Source: Sphingomonas sp. | GTDB taxonomy: Bacteria > Pseudomonadota > Alphaproteobacteria > Sphingomonadales > Sphingomonadaceae | Length of the DNA: 64,000 bases | Assembly (NCBI RefSeq): GCF_965227385.1 | Contig: NZ_OZ245750.1 | Location: 3,360,552-3,424,551, forward strand | Direction: 5' to 3' | In this document: in pieces, positions 27,530-38,208 of the stretch | Layout: each line of letters begins with the position of its first letter | Numbering within the stretch: position 1 is the first letter of the stretch | The notes under the pieces: model-generated | The model's input: the letters and a program-made list of their open reading frames with translations, nothing else | The model's database searches: none | What the model was told of the DNA's origin: nothing | Made by a program: the position numbers and the translations under genes

Positions 27530-28273
27530 CTATGCGTCGGTCGGCGCCATTCCCGTGCGCAGCGCGGTGGTCCAGTCGGGGCGCCCTTCCCGCTCAGCCT
27601 TTTCCGCCGCGCGCGCATGATCATAGGCGACGGCGCGCAGTTGTACCTGATGGTCACGGACCAACGCGTAGCGGGCGCGGGGGTCGCCGGTCTGCGCGGC
27701 GTGGGGATAGGGCAGGTCTTCGCGATAGGCCTGCAACCCGACGCTGCCGGGATTGGCGACGGTGCGGCCATCGCCGAGCGTGCGGACGGCGGGGAGATGC
27801 GAGTGGCCGCACAGGGTGAGCAACGCGACCTCCTCGCCCAGCCGCGTGGCGATCTCGGTATCGGTGGCGGCGCGCAGGCCCGTTGGCTCGACCGTCTCCA
27901 GCAGCTGCTCGACATCGCTGCGGCGTGTGCCGTGGACCAGGCGGATGCCGTCGATGCTCAGCGTCGCCGGCTGGGCAGCGAGCCAGCACAGCTGTGCGTC
28001 ATCGAGGGTGGCGCGGGCGAAGCGATCGGAGGCATTCATCCGCTCGGGCGCGTCGGTGAGCAGCTGACGCTCGTGATTGCCGGCGATGGTCGGCCAGTCG
28101 AGCTGCATCAGCAGCGCGGCGGTCTCCGCCGGCCACAGCGGGCCGGACAGGCTGTCGCCCAGGTTGACGAAGCGCGTTGCGCCCGCCGCGTGCGCGTCGG
28201 CGATCACCGCTTCGAGCGCGGGCAGATTGCCGTGGATGTCGGACAGGACGGCGATCATGCCGTCCGCGCTCAT
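27530..28273 (-). CDS. Metallophosphoesterase (YfcE-like calcineurin fold)
   Basis: DIHGN, GDSL, GNHE, GHSH, NPGSVG; 4-nt overlap with the rimM stop. Confidence 0.9.
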   Translation of the reverse strand: MSADGMIAVLSDIHGNLPALEAVIADAHAAGATRFVNLGDSLSGPLWPAETAALLMQLDWPTIAGNHERQLLTDAPERMNASDRFARATLDDAQLCWLAAQPATLSIDGIRLVHGTRRSDVEQLLETVEPTGLRAATDTEIATRLGEEVALLTLCGHSHLPAVRTLGDGRTVANPGSVGLQAYREDLPYPHAAQTGDPRARYALVRDHQVQLRAVAYDHARAAEKAEREGRPDWTTALRTGMAPTDA

Positions 28274-28746
28274 TCCGCCCAGCCGTCGGCGATGGTGAGC
28301 GTGGTCGCGTCCCAGGCGGGTACGGCCTGCGCGCGCATCGGGATCATGAAGCGCTTGCCGTCGGGCTTTTCGATTTCAAGCACGTCGCCAGCGCCGAAAT
28401 TCTCCACCGTCACGATCGTGCCAATCGGGTCGCCGTTTTCCGCAACGGCGGACAGGCCGAGCAGGTCGGCGTGGTAATATTCGCCCTCACCCAGCGGCGG
28501 GAGTTCGGCGCGCGCGACGGTGAGTTCGGTGCCGCGCAACGCTTCGGCGGCGTTGCGGTCGGTCACTTCGGCAAAGCGCGCGATCGCGCCATTATTGCCG
28601 GGGCGCACCGATTTGAGCGTCAGCGCGCCGCCGTTGAAGCGGCGGTGCACCGACAGGTCTTCGGCAAAGACCTTGAGGCGGACCTCCCCCGTCACGCCGT
28701 GCGCGCCGATAATGACGGCGAGCGTGACGGGGGCGTCGTTAGCCAA
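28270..28746 (-). CDS. rimM: Ribosome maturation factor RimM
   Basis: GAHGVTGEVR, EGEYYHADLLG, NFGAGDVLEI. Confidence 0.97.
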   Translation of the reverse strand: MANDAPVTLAVIIGAHGVTGEVRLKVFAEDLSVHRRFNGGALTLKSVRPGNNGAIARFAEVTDRNAAEALRGTELTVARAELPPLGEGEYYHADLLGLSAVAENGDPIGTIVTVENFGAGDVLEIEKPDGKRFMIPMRAQAVPAWDATTLTIADGWAE

Positions 28747-28749
28747 GGA

Positions 28750-29244
28750 TCAGCCCTCGGCCTTTTCTTCGCCAGCTTCGGCAGCCGGAGCTTCCTCGGT
28801 GGTCGCTTCTTCAGCTGCCGGAGCTTCTTCAGCGGCGGGCTCTTCGGCCGGGGCGGCGGCAGCGGCTTCGGCAGCGGCCTTCGCTTCTGCGGCGGCTTCC
28901 TCGGCGGCCTTCAGCTTCTCAGCCTTCTCTTCGGCGCGCTCGACGGCCTTTTCGCCCGGCTTGCCCTTGTTCGGGTTGTTCTTGGCAGCGCGCTCCTTGA
29001 CGCCGGTGACGTCGAGGAAGCGGGCGACGCGGTCGGTCGGCTGCGCGCCGACGCTCAGCCAGTGCTTCGCGCGGTCGGTGTCGAGCACGATGCGCTTCTC
29101 GTCATCCTTGGCGAGCAGCGGATTGTAGGTGCCGATCTTCTCGATGAACTTGCCGTCGCGGGGCGAGCGCGCATCGGCAACGACGATGCGGTAATAAGGG
29201 CGCTTCTTCGAACCGCCACGCGACAGACGCATGCTGAGAGCCAT
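28750..29244 (-). CDS. rpsP: 30S ribosomal protein S16 with Ala/Glu-rich tail
   Basis: [38 protein letters not shown]. Confidence 0.99.
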   Translation of the reverse strand: MALSMRLSRGGSKKRPYYRIVVADARSPRDGKFIEKIGTYNPLLAKDDEKRIVLDTDRAKHWLSVGAQPTDRVARFLDVTGVKERAAKNNPNKGKPGEKAVERAEEKAEKLKAAEEAAAEAKAAAEAAAAAPAEEPAAEEAPAAEEATTEEAPAAEAGEEKAEG

Positions 29245-29283
29245 TGTGTACTTCCTTCTGTAAATTCAAACGGTTGAAACGAA

Positions 29284-30768
29284 TTACTTCTTCTTGTTCA
29301 AAAACTTGGCGAGTTCTGGCGGGATGTTGCCGTCTCCGCCGGGAAGGCCCGGAAGCCCGCCGCCGGGACCGCCGAGCTTGCCCATCATGTCGCCCATGCC
29401 CGGACCGCCCAGCGCATTGCCGAGGCCGCCCATGCCGCCCTTGCCGAGCATGCCCAGCATCCCCTTGAGGCCGCCCATCTTCTTGAGCCGCTTCATCGCG
29501 GTTGACATTTCCTGGTGCATCTTGAGCAGCTTGTTCACGTCCTGAACGGTCGTGCCGCTACCCTTGGCAATCCGGATCTTGCGCTTCGCGTTGATCAGCT
29601 CGGGCTTGGCGCGTTCCTTGATCGTCATCGACGTGATGATCGCGTCCATCCGCAGCAGGATCTTGTCACCGCCGGCCTGTTCGACCGCGCCCTGCGCCTT
29701 CTTCATGCCCGGGATCATGCCGGCCAGCGCGCCAAGGCCACCCATCCGGCGCATCTGCGCAAGCTGGCCGCGCAGGTCGTTCATGTCGAACTGACCCTTG
29801 GCAAGCCGCGCCGCCATCTTCTCGGCGTCTTCCTGCTCGATCGCCTGTGCGGCCTTTTCGACCAGCGACACGACGTCGCCCATGCCGAGGATGCGGCCCG
29901 CGACGCGCGAGGGGTGGAACGGCTCGATCTGGTCGAGCTTTTCGCCGATGCCCGCGAACTTGATCGGCTTGCCGGTGACCGCGCGCATCGACAGCGCCGC
30001 ACCGCCGCGCGCATCGCCGTCCATGCGGGTCAGCACGACGCCGGTCAGCGGCACCTGATCGCTGAAGTTCTGCGCCACATTGACCGCGTCCTGGCCGGTC
30101 AGCGAGTCGACGACGAGCAGGATTTCTTGGGGGCGCGAGATGTCGGCAACCGCCTTCATCTCGTCCATCAGCTGCTGGTCGACGTGCAGACGGCCTGCGG
30201 TGTCGAGCATCAGCACGTCGAAGCCCTGGAGCTTCGCGGCCTGAATCGCGCGGCGGCCGATATCAACCGGCTGCTGGCCGGCCACGATCGGGAGGGTAGC
30301 GACCTCGATCTGGGTCCCGAGCACCGCCAGCTGTTCCTGCGCGGCCGGGCGATTGACGTCGAGCGACGCCATCATCACCTTCTTGCCCTGCTTCTTGAGC
30401 AGGCGGGCGAGCTTGGCGGTCGTGGTGGTCTTGCCCGAGCCCTGCAGGCCGACCATCATGATGACCGCGGGCGGGGTGACGTCGATCTGCAGCTCGGCCG
30501 TATCGGGGCCGAGCATCGCGACGAGCGCGTCGTTGACGATCTTGACGACCTGCTGCCCCGGCGTGACCGAACGCAGCACCTGCTGGCCGACCGCTTCCTC
30601 GGTCACCTTGTCGACGAACTGGCGCGCGACCGGCAGCGCGACGTCAGCCTCGAGCAGCGCGATACGCACTTCGCGCATCGCCGTCCGCACGTCCGCTTCG
30701 GTCAGCGCGCCACGGCCCTTGAGACGGTCAAATACGCCGCCAAGCCGTTCGCTCAGACTGTCAAACAC
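29284..30768 (-). CDS. ffh: Signal recognition particle protein Ffh
   Basis: GLQGSGKTTT, DTAGR, TRMDGDARGGAALS, Met-rich M domain; GTG start. Confidence 0.99.
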   Translation of the reverse strand: MFDSLSERLGGVFDRLKGRGALTEADVRTAMREVRIALLEADVALPVARQFVDKVTEEAVGQQVLRSVTPGQQVVKIVNDALVAMLGPDTAELQIDVTPPAVIMMVGLQGSGKTTTTAKLARLLKKQGKKVMMASLDVNRPAAQEQLAVLGTQIEVATLPIVAGQQPVDIGRRAIQAAKLQGFDVLMLDTAGRLHVDQQLMDEMKAVADISRPQEILLVVDSLTGQDAVNVAQNFSDQVPLTGVVLTRMDGDARGGAALSMRAVTGKPIKFAGIGEKLDQIEPFHPSRVAGRILGMGDVVSLVEKAAQAIEQEDAEKMAARLAKGQFDMNDLRGQLAQMRRMGGLGALAGMIPGMKKAQGAVEQAGGDKILLRMDAIITSMTIKERAKPELINAKRKIRIAKGSGTTVQDVNKLLKMHQEMSTAMKRLKKMGGLKGMLGMLGKGGMGGLGNALGGPGMGDMMGKLGGPGGGLPGLPGGDGNIPPELAKFLNKKK

Positions 30769-30990
30769 TCGCTTCTCCCATTGCTCTCAGGTCCGAAACG
30801 CATAAAACGCCGGCGGACGAAACCTCGTCGGCCAGCGTTGCCCGGGGGCATATGTCGTCGCGTTCGTGAGAACGGTCGGAGGCGCGCTTAGCCGCAAACC
30901 AAGATAAGTGCAACTCTCCCTGCGTTAACCCTCTTCCCGTCTTTGCCTTAACCCCTTCTACACGGTCCGCATGAGATATCCCCGGTTCGT

Positions 30991-32649
30991 ATGAAGGGGA
31001 GCAATTCCGGCATGTCGCTGGGCATCGACGACGACCAGAACGAGCGCAGTGGCGCCGGATCGGACCTGATCACGGGCGCGATCAGCGTTGCCGCGATCCT
31101 GATGTTCGTCGGCACCGGCAGCTCGGTGCTGTCCAAGACGCTGCGCCACTATCTGGAGGGCGCGGCCCCGGCCGATCGCACGCTGGTGATCGCATTGCTG
31201 CTCAATGTCGCGCTGATCCTGTTCGGCTGGCGCCGCCATCGCGGCCTGAGCAACGAAGTGCGCATCCGCGCCGCCGCCGAAGAGCGTGCGCAGATGCTGG
31301 CGAGCCGCGATCCGCTGACCGGCTTCCTCAACCGCCGCAGCCTGGCCGAGGAAGGCGCGGCGATGTTCGTGCGCGGGCAGAAGCGGCGCAAGGCGATGGC
31401 GATGATGATCATCGACCTCGACCATTTCAAGACGGTCAACGACATGCACGGCCACGCGGTTGGCGACGCGCTGTTGCGCGCGGCGGCGGGCGAGATTGCC
31501 GGCGCGATGCCGCCGATCGCGCTGACCGCGCGGCTGGGCGGCGACGAATTCGCCTGCGCCTTCCTGTTCGATCCGCAGCATCCCGACATGATCGAACGGA
31601 TTGCCGAGAAGCTGGTCGCGCAGATGGCGCAGCCGTTCGAAGCGGAGGGGCTGCGGCTGCATGTCAGCTGTTCGGTCGGCATCGCGCGGTCGGACTTCGA
31701 CTGTCACTCGATCGACTCGCTGATGCGATCGGCGGATATCGCGATGTATGTCGCCAAGAAATCGGGCCGCAACCGCTATGCCTGGTTCGACCATTCGATG
31801 GAGCGCGAGCTGCAGACGCGCAACGAGCTGGAAAACGGCCTGCGCACCGCGATCCCGCGCGGCGAGATCGTCCCCTATTTCGAACAGCAGATCGACCTGC
31901 AGACTGGAAAGCTGATCGGGTTCGAGGTGCTCGCCCGCTGGGAACATCCCACGCGCGGCCTGATCAGCCCCGAACTGTTCATCCCGATCGCCGAGGAAAC
32001 CGGCCTGATCGCGGACATGTCGCTCGCGTTGATGCATCAGGCATTCAACGCCGCGCGCGACTGGGACAGTTCGCTGACCCTGTCGGTCAACATCTCGCCA
32101 GTCCAGCTGCGCGACGCGTGGCTGGCGCAGAAGATCATCAAGGTACTGACCGAAACGCGTTTTCCGGCGAGCCGGCTGGAAATCGAGATTACCGAAAGCT
32201 CGCTGTTCGACAATCTCTCGCTCGCCCAATCGATCGTCGGCAGCCTGAAGAATCAGGGCGTCCGCCTGGCGCTGGACGATTTCGGCACCGGCTATTCCTC
32301 GCTCGCACACCTGCGCGCACTGCCGTTCGACCGGATCAAGATCGACAAGAGCTTCGTCATCTCATTGAACGAAAGCGCGGATTCGGCGGCGATCGTCAAT
32401 GCGATCGTGTCGCTCGGCGAAAGCCTCAACCTGCCGATCACCGCCGAGGGTGTCGAGGATGAGGCGATCGCAACGCGGCTCAAAGCATTGGGCTGTGCCA
32501 AGGCGCAGGGCTGGCATTATGGCAAGCCGCTGTCGGTCAGCGGTGCGCGCCGGCTGCTCGCCGAACGCCGCCTGCTGGTGCAATCTCCGCCAGTGCCGAC
32601 AATCGAGAGCGAATTGCCGGTGCAGGGCCCGGACCGGATGGCCGGATAA
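30991..32649 (+). CDS. Membrane-anchored GGDEF-EAL c-di-GMP enzyme
   Basis: Two N-terminal TMs, DPLTGFLNRR, RLGGDEF, FEVLARW, DDFGTGYSSL, KIDKSF, AEGVE. Start could be 31012. Confidence 0.93.
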   Translation: MKGSNSGMSLGIDDDQNERSGAGSDLITGAISVAAILMFVGTGSSVLSKTLRHYLEGAAPADRTLVIALLLNVALILFGWRRHRGLSNEVRIRAAAEERAQMLASRDPLTGFLNRRSLAEEGAAMFVRGQKRRKAMAMMIIDLDHFKTVNDMHGHAVGDALLRAAAGEIAGAMPPIALTARLGGDEFACAFLFDPQHPDMIERIAEKLVAQMAQPFEAEGLRLHVSCSVGIARSDFDCHSIDSLMRSADIAMYVAKKSGRNRYAWFDHSMERELQTRNELENGLRTAIPRGEIVPYFEQQIDLQTGKLIGFEVLARWEHPTRGLISPELFIPIAEETGLIADMSLALMHQAFNAARDWDSSLTLSVNISPVQLRDAWLAQKIIKVLTETRFPASRLEIEITESSLFDNLSLAQSIVGSLKNQGVRLALDDFGTGYSSLAHLRALPFDRIKIDKSFVISLNESADSAAIVNAIVSLGESLNLPITAEGVEDEAIATRLKALGCAKAQGWHYGKPLSVSGARRLLAERRLLVQSPPVPTIESELPVQGPDRMAG

Positions 32650-32652
32650 GTC

Positions 32653-33231
32653 CTACCAGCCGGCGTCCGGCCGCTTCAGATACTCCAGCTCCTCCGCCGT
32701 CGACTCGCGGCCAAGCGCTTCGTTGCGCGACGGGAAGCGGCCGAATTGTTCGATCACCACAGCGTGCTCCATCGCGAAGCGGAGATTTTCCGCGCGACCG
32801 AGTGCGGTGAATTTTTCGAGGCTCACCCGCTGCGCCTCGACATTTTCTGCGTGCATCAGCGGCATGTAGAGGAACGTCGCGCGCTCGGGCGCCATTTCGC
32901 GGTCCCAGCCCTTGCCGATCGCCTCCAGCGTGAGCGCCAGCGCGAGCGGGTCGGCGGCGAACGCCTGCGGCGTCCCGCGATGGATGTTGCGGCTGAACTG
33001 GTCGAGCAGGATAATCGCCGCGAGCAGGGCATCGGGATTGTCGCGCCAGCCCGCCGCACCGCTCGCCAGCACGACGTCGCGGGCGTGGCCGAAGCGGCGC
33101 GCAATCTCCGCATCGACCGCGTCGTCCTTGGCGAATTGCTGTTCGGGCTTCAGTTCGTCGAACCAATAGTCCAGCACCGCCTTCGCGCACGCATGGACTT
33201 CGATCCCGTGCGTCTCTAGATCGCCTGCCAT
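32653..33231 (-). CDS. DUF924-family protein
   Basis: VLDYWF, IILLDQFSRN, FLYMPLMHAE, FGRFPSRN; GGAGG RBS before ATG 33231. Confidence 0.9.
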   Translation of the reverse strand: MAGDLETHGIEVHACAKAVLDYWFDELKPEQQFAKDDAVDAEIARRFGHARDVVLASGAAGWRDNPDALLAAIILLDQFSRNIHRGTPQAFAADPLALALTLEAIGKGWDREMAPERATFLYMPLMHAENVEAQRVSLEKFTALGRAENLRFAMEHAVVIEQFGRFPSRNEALGRESTAEELEYLKRPDAGW

Positions 33232-34468
33232 GTCGTCCTCCATTGTCGCACCTGAGGTAATCAGCCTTGGCTGTCGGCTCAACCTTGCCGAAAGCGAAAC
33301 GATCCGCGCGCTGTTGGGGTCCAGCGACGTGGTGGTGGTCAACAGCTGTGCCGTAACCAACGAAGCGGTGCGCCAGACGCGCCAGGCGATCCGGCGCGCG
33401 CGGCGGGCGCGGCCCTCGGCGCAGCTGGTGGTGACGGGCTGCGCGGCGCAGATCGATCCGGCATCGTTCGGGGCAATGCCGGAGGTGGACCGCGTGATCG
33501 GCAATGCCGAAAAGCTGGTCCCAGCCTCATGGACGCGCGACGATGCGGCGCTGGTGCAGGATATCATGGCGGTGCGCCAGACCGCGCCGCACCTGGCCGC
33601 GAGCTTTTCCGCGCATGTCCGCGCCTTTGTCGAGGTGCAGAACGGGTGCGACCATCGCTGCACTTTCTGTGCGATCCCGTTCGGGCGCGGCAACAGCCGG
33701 TCGGTGCCAGCGGGCGCGGTGATCGAACGGGTGCAGGCTCTGGTCGATGCGGGGCATCGCGAGATCGTGCTGACCGGGGTCGACCTGACCAGCTACGGGC
33801 CCGATCTGCCCGGCGCGCCGACGCTGGGCCAACTGGTCGAGCGGGTGCTGGCGCATACGCGGGTCGAACGGCTGAGGCTGTCCTCGCTCGACGGGATCGA
33901 GATCGACGAGCGGCTGTTTGCTCTGCTGACGCAGGAGCGGCGGGTGCTGCCGCATGTGCACCTGTCGCTGCAGGCGGGCGACGACATGATCCTCAAACGG
34001 ATGAAGCGGCGGCATTCGCGGGCGCAGTCGGTGGAACTGGTCGCGCGACTGAAGAGGGCGCGGCCGGAGATTGCGATCGGCGCCGACCTCATTGCCGGCT
34101 TTCCCACCGAGGATGAGGCGATGGCCACGAACACGCTGGCGCTGATCGACGATTGCGACATCGTGCATGCGCACATCTTTCCCTATAGCCCGCGCGCGGG
34201 CACGCCGGCGGCGCGGATGCCGCAGGTTGCGCCGGGTGTCGCCAAGGCGCGCGCGGCGGCATTGCGTGAGCGGGCGGCGGAGCGGCGGACGAAGTGGTTG
34301 CGTGGGCTGGTCGGGACGAGCCAGCGGGTGCTGGTCGAGCGGCCGGGCGACCGGGGGCATGCTGAGAATTTCGCGGAAGTCATGCTTCCGCAGAGTGACA
34401 TTGGATCGGTGCAACAGGTGATGATCACGAACGTGCAGGACGACAAATTGATCGGAGCGCGCGCATGA
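33230..34468 (+). CDS. mtaB: tRNA t6A37 methylthiotransferase MtaB (radical SAM)
   Basis: LGCRLN, NSCAVT, CDHRCTFC, RLRLSS, HLSLQAG, GFPTE, FPYSPRAGT; start position uncertain. Confidence 0.93.
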   Translation: MSSSIVAPEVISLGCRLNLAESETIRALLGSSDVVVVNSCAVTNEAVRQTRQAIRRARRARPSAQLVVTGCAAQIDPASFGAMPEVDRVIGNAEKLVPASWTRDDAALVQDIMAVRQTAPHLAASFSAHVRAFVEVQNGCDHRCTFCAIPFGRGNSRSVPAGAVIERVQALVDAGHREIVLTGVDLTSYGPDLPGAPTLGQLVERVLAHTRVERLRLSSLDGIEIDERLFALLTQERRVLPHVHLSLQAGDDMILKRMKRRHSRAQSVELVARLKRARPEIAIGADLIAGFPTEDEAMATNTLALIDDCDIVHAHIFPYSPRAGTPAARMPQVAPGVAKARAAALRERAAERRTKWLRGLVGTSQRVLVERPGDRGHAENFAEVMLPQSDIGSVQQVMITNVQDDKLIGARA

Positions 34469-35397
34469 GCGGCCCGAGCTGGCGCGAGCGGTTGCTCGGC
34501 GGGTTCAAGAAGACGTCGGACCGGCTGGTCGGCAACCTGGCGGGACTGGGTACCGGGCGGCTGGACGAGGCGACGCTCGACGAGATCGAGGAGGCGCTGA
34601 TCGCGTCGGACCTTGGCCCCGCCACCGCGGCGCGGATTCGCGAGCGGTTGGCGGAGGAGCAGGTCGAGCGCGGGATGGAGGAGCTGGGCATCCGGCTGGT
34701 CGTCGCCGACGAGATCGAGAAGGTGCTGACCAAGGTCGCCAAGCCGCTGATCACCGACAAGGCCCGGCCGCAGGTGATGCTGGTGATCGGCGTCAACGGA
34801 TCGGGCAAGACCACGACCATCGCCAAGCTCGCCGCGATCCTGAAGGATCAGGGGCTTAAGGTGATGGTCGCGGCGGGCGACACGTTTCGCGCGGCTGCCA
34901 TCGGCCAGCTGCGGACCTGGGCCGAGCGGATCGGCGTGCCGATCGTCGCGGGGGCCGAGGGCGGCGATGCCGCAGGGGTCGCGCATGAGGCGCTGCGTCG
35001 CGCGACCGCCGAGGGGATCGACCTGCTGATCGTCGACACCGCCGGGCGGTTGCAGAACAAGCGCGAGCTGATGGACGAGCTGGCGAAGATCCGCCGCGTG
35101 CTGGGCAAGCTCGATCCCGACGCGCCGCATGACGTGCTGCTGGTGCTCGACGCGACCACGGGCCAGAATGCGCTCAACCAGATCGCGGTTTTTCAGGAAG
35201 TCGCCGGCGTCACCGGCATGGTGATGACCAAGCTCGACGGCACCGCGCGCGGCGGCGTGCTGGTCGCGGCGGCGGAGAAATACGGCCTGCCCATCCACGC
35301 GATCGGCGTCGGCGAGAAGGTCGACGATCTGCGCGGATTCGACCCGCGCGAAGTGTCGCGGATCATCGCCGGGGTGGAGGCGTTGACCAAGGGCTGA
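34465..35397 (+). CDS. ftsY: SRP receptor FtsY
   Basis: GVNGSGKTTT, DTFRAAA, DTAGRLQN, TKLDGTARGG. Confidence 0.98.
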   Translation: MSGPSWRERLLGGFKKTSDRLVGNLAGLGTGRLDEATLDEIEEALIASDLGPATAARIRERLAEEQVERGMEELGIRLVVADEIEKVLTKVAKPLITDKARPQVMLVIGVNGSGKTTTIAKLAAILKDQGLKVMVAAGDTFRAAAIGQLRTWAERIGVPIVAGAEGGDAAGVAHEALRRATAEGIDLLIVDTAGRLQNKRELMDELAKIRRVLGKLDPDAPHDVLLVLDATTGQNALNQIAVFQEVAGVTGMVMTKLDGTARGGVLVAAAEKYGLPIHAIGVGEKVDDLRGFDPREVSRIIAGVEALTKG

Positions 35398-35452
35398 CCG
35401 CCCCGCGTCCAGTTTTCTTCGACAAGCCCGGCGCCATTTGTAGAGTGAGTGC

Positions 35453-36094
35453 ATGACCGAATCCACGACGTCCCAAAACCCGGGCAAGCCCGCCCCTACC
35501 CCCGGCCTGCGCATGCTGATCGATTTCGGTCCGCTGGCGGTGTTCTTTGCCGTGAACAGCTTCATGGGCGGGCCGCAGCTGACGCGGATGCTGGCGGCGA
35601 CGGCGGCGTTTATGGTCGCGATCTTCCTCGCCATGGGGCTGTCGCTGTGGAAGACGCGGCATATCTCGCCGATGCTGTGGATCTCCGGCGTGCTCGTGCT
35701 GGTATTCGGCGGGCTGACCCTGTGGTTCCACAACGACACGTTCATCAAGGTCAAGCCGACGCTCGTCTATGCGATGTTCGCGATCGTCCTGATTTACGGC
35801 CTGATCACCAAGAAGCCGCTGCTGCAAATGCTGCTCGAGAGCGCCTATCCCGGGCTGACCGCGCGCGGGTGGCGGTTGCTCACGATCAACTGGGCGGTGT
35901 TCTTCGTCGTGATGGCCGTGCTGAACGAGATCGTCTGGCGCACGCAAAGCTGGGATTTCTGGGTCGCGTTCAAGCTGTGGGGCGTGGTGCCGCTGACGCT
36001 GTTGTTCGCAATCGGCAACGTGCCGTTGCTGCTGCGCCATGGGCTCAAGACCGATGGCGAGATCGTCGACAAGGCGCTGCCGCCGGAGCAGTAA
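35453..36094 (+). CDS. yciB: Inner membrane-spanning protein YciB (IspZ)
   Basis: DFGPLAVFF, FGGLTLWF, FIKVKPT, WVAFKLWG; follows ftsY. Confidence 0.92.
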   Translation: MTESTTSQNPGKPAPTPGLRMLIDFGPLAVFFAVNSFMGGPQLTRMLAATAAFMVAIFLAMGLSLWKTRHISPMLWISGVLVLVFGGLTLWFHNDTFIKVKPTLVYAMFAIVLIYGLITKKPLLQMLLESAYPGLTARGWRLLTINWAVFFVVMAVLNEIVWRTQSWDFWVAFKLWGVVPLTLLFAIGNVPLLLRHGLKTDGEIVDKALPPEQ

Positions 36095-36113
36095 GCGCAC
36101 ATCCGACCGCATC

Positions 36114-36218
36114 GTCACCCCGGCCCTGTGCCGGGGGCCACCGTGCGGCACGCGCGTCGCTCCAGGCTATTGCGTCGCGCTCGCCGATCCGTGGGCCCCG
36201 GCACAAGGCCGGGGTGAC
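36114..36218. repeat. REP-like palindrome (GTCACCCCGG...CCGGGGTGAC type)
   Basis: 28-bp arms gtcaccccggccctgtgccgggggccac / gtgggccccggcacaaggccggggtgac with 2 mismatches; ends GTGACAAAGG like 6607-6695. Confidence 0.8.
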
Positions 36219-36284
36219 AAAGGTTTGAATCAAAACGGGCCGAGGTTGCCCCCGGCCCGCTTCCTCGATCGATGATCGCGTGGA

Positions 36285-36902
36285 TCAGCCGGCCTGGTCG
36301 GCGCGGCTGACGCCCTCGCCGTCTAGGTTGGCGGCGACGAAATCCCAGTCGATGATCTTGGTGATCGCTTCCAGATAGCCCGGACGCGCGTTGCGGTAGT
36401 CGATGTAGTAGGCGTGCTCCCACACGTCGATCGTCAGCAGCGGCTTGTAGTCATAGACGACCGGCGTGTCGGCGTCGTGGAGCGAGGTCACCTTGATCTC
36501 GTCGCCGTCGAGCACGAGCCAGCCCCAACCGTTCGAGAAGTGCGCGGTGGACTCGGCGATGAGCTGCTTGACCAGCTCTTCCTTCGAGCCGAACTTGGCT
36601 TCGATCAGCTCGGCGAGCTTGCCGGTCGGCTCCTTGGGCTCCGGCGTCAGGCCGAACCAGTAGAAGCTGTGGTTCCAGATCTGTGCGCTGTTGTTGAACA
36701 GGCCCTTGTCGCCGGTTTCCTTGGCATGCTGGATCACCTCGACCAGCGACTTGCCCTCAAGCCCCTTGTCCGCGACGAAGCCGTTGGTCTTGTCGACATA
36801 GGCCTTGTGATGCTTGCCATAGTGGAACTCGAGCGTTTCGGCCGAGATCGTCGGCGCGAGCGCGTCCTTGGCATAGGGGAGCGTGGGAAGTTCGAACGCC
36901 AT
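36285..36902 (-). CDS. sodB: Fe superoxide dismutase
   Basis: HYGKHH, AQIWNH, DVWEHAYY. Confidence 0.95.
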   Translation of the reverse strand: MAFELPTLPYAKDALAPTISAETLEFHYGKHHKAYVDKTNGFVADKGLEGKSLVEVIQHAKETGDKGLFNNSAQIWNHSFYWFGLTPEPKEPTGKLAELIEAKFGSKEELVKQLIAESTAHFSNGWGWLVLDGDEIKVTSLHDADTPVVYDYKPLLTIDVWEHAYYIDYRNARPGYLEAITKIIDWDFVAANLDGEGVSRADQAG

Positions 36903-36997
36903 GGGATTACCCTCCGTTTTTTGGTTCGCGACCGCCTAACGCATGACGCCCATGATTGCCGCACAAATTTTTCTGCGGACTGGATCGAGTGGGGCGA

Positions 36998-38032
<1,035 letters not shown>

Positions 38033-38133
38033 GCCGAACTCTTGGGATATTTTCCCAAGTTTTGGCAAGTGCGAAGTTTGAGCCGCACCGCCTTTCGGTA
38101 AGAAAACGGCGGAAATCTGCGAAAAAAGCGAAT

Positions 38134-38149
38134 TGGCACGCCCCGTGCA
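38134..38149 (+). promoter_or_regulatory. sigma54 (-24/-12) promoter of the psp operon
   Basis: TGGCACGCCCCGTGCA (GG-N10-GC), between pspF and pspA. Confidence 0.8.
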
Positions 38150-38208
38150 AAGTTGCCGGCATGCCGCGAAGGGCGGCAACGAAACGAAGAAATCGAGGGA
38201 CGGAAACA

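Noticed and set aside
28750-28940. Ala/Glu-rich quasi-repeat (gcttcggc/gcagcc runs)
   Set aside because: It is the low-complexity C-terminal tail common in alphaproteobacterial S16 proteins.
32653-33693. ORF-track N-terminal extensions (32653-33693, 36998-38209, 8914-11124, 57131-58588, 60385-61734, 42686-44278)
   Set aside because: They overlap neighbouring real genes; internal starts with RBS or coupling and family-typical N-termini were used instead.
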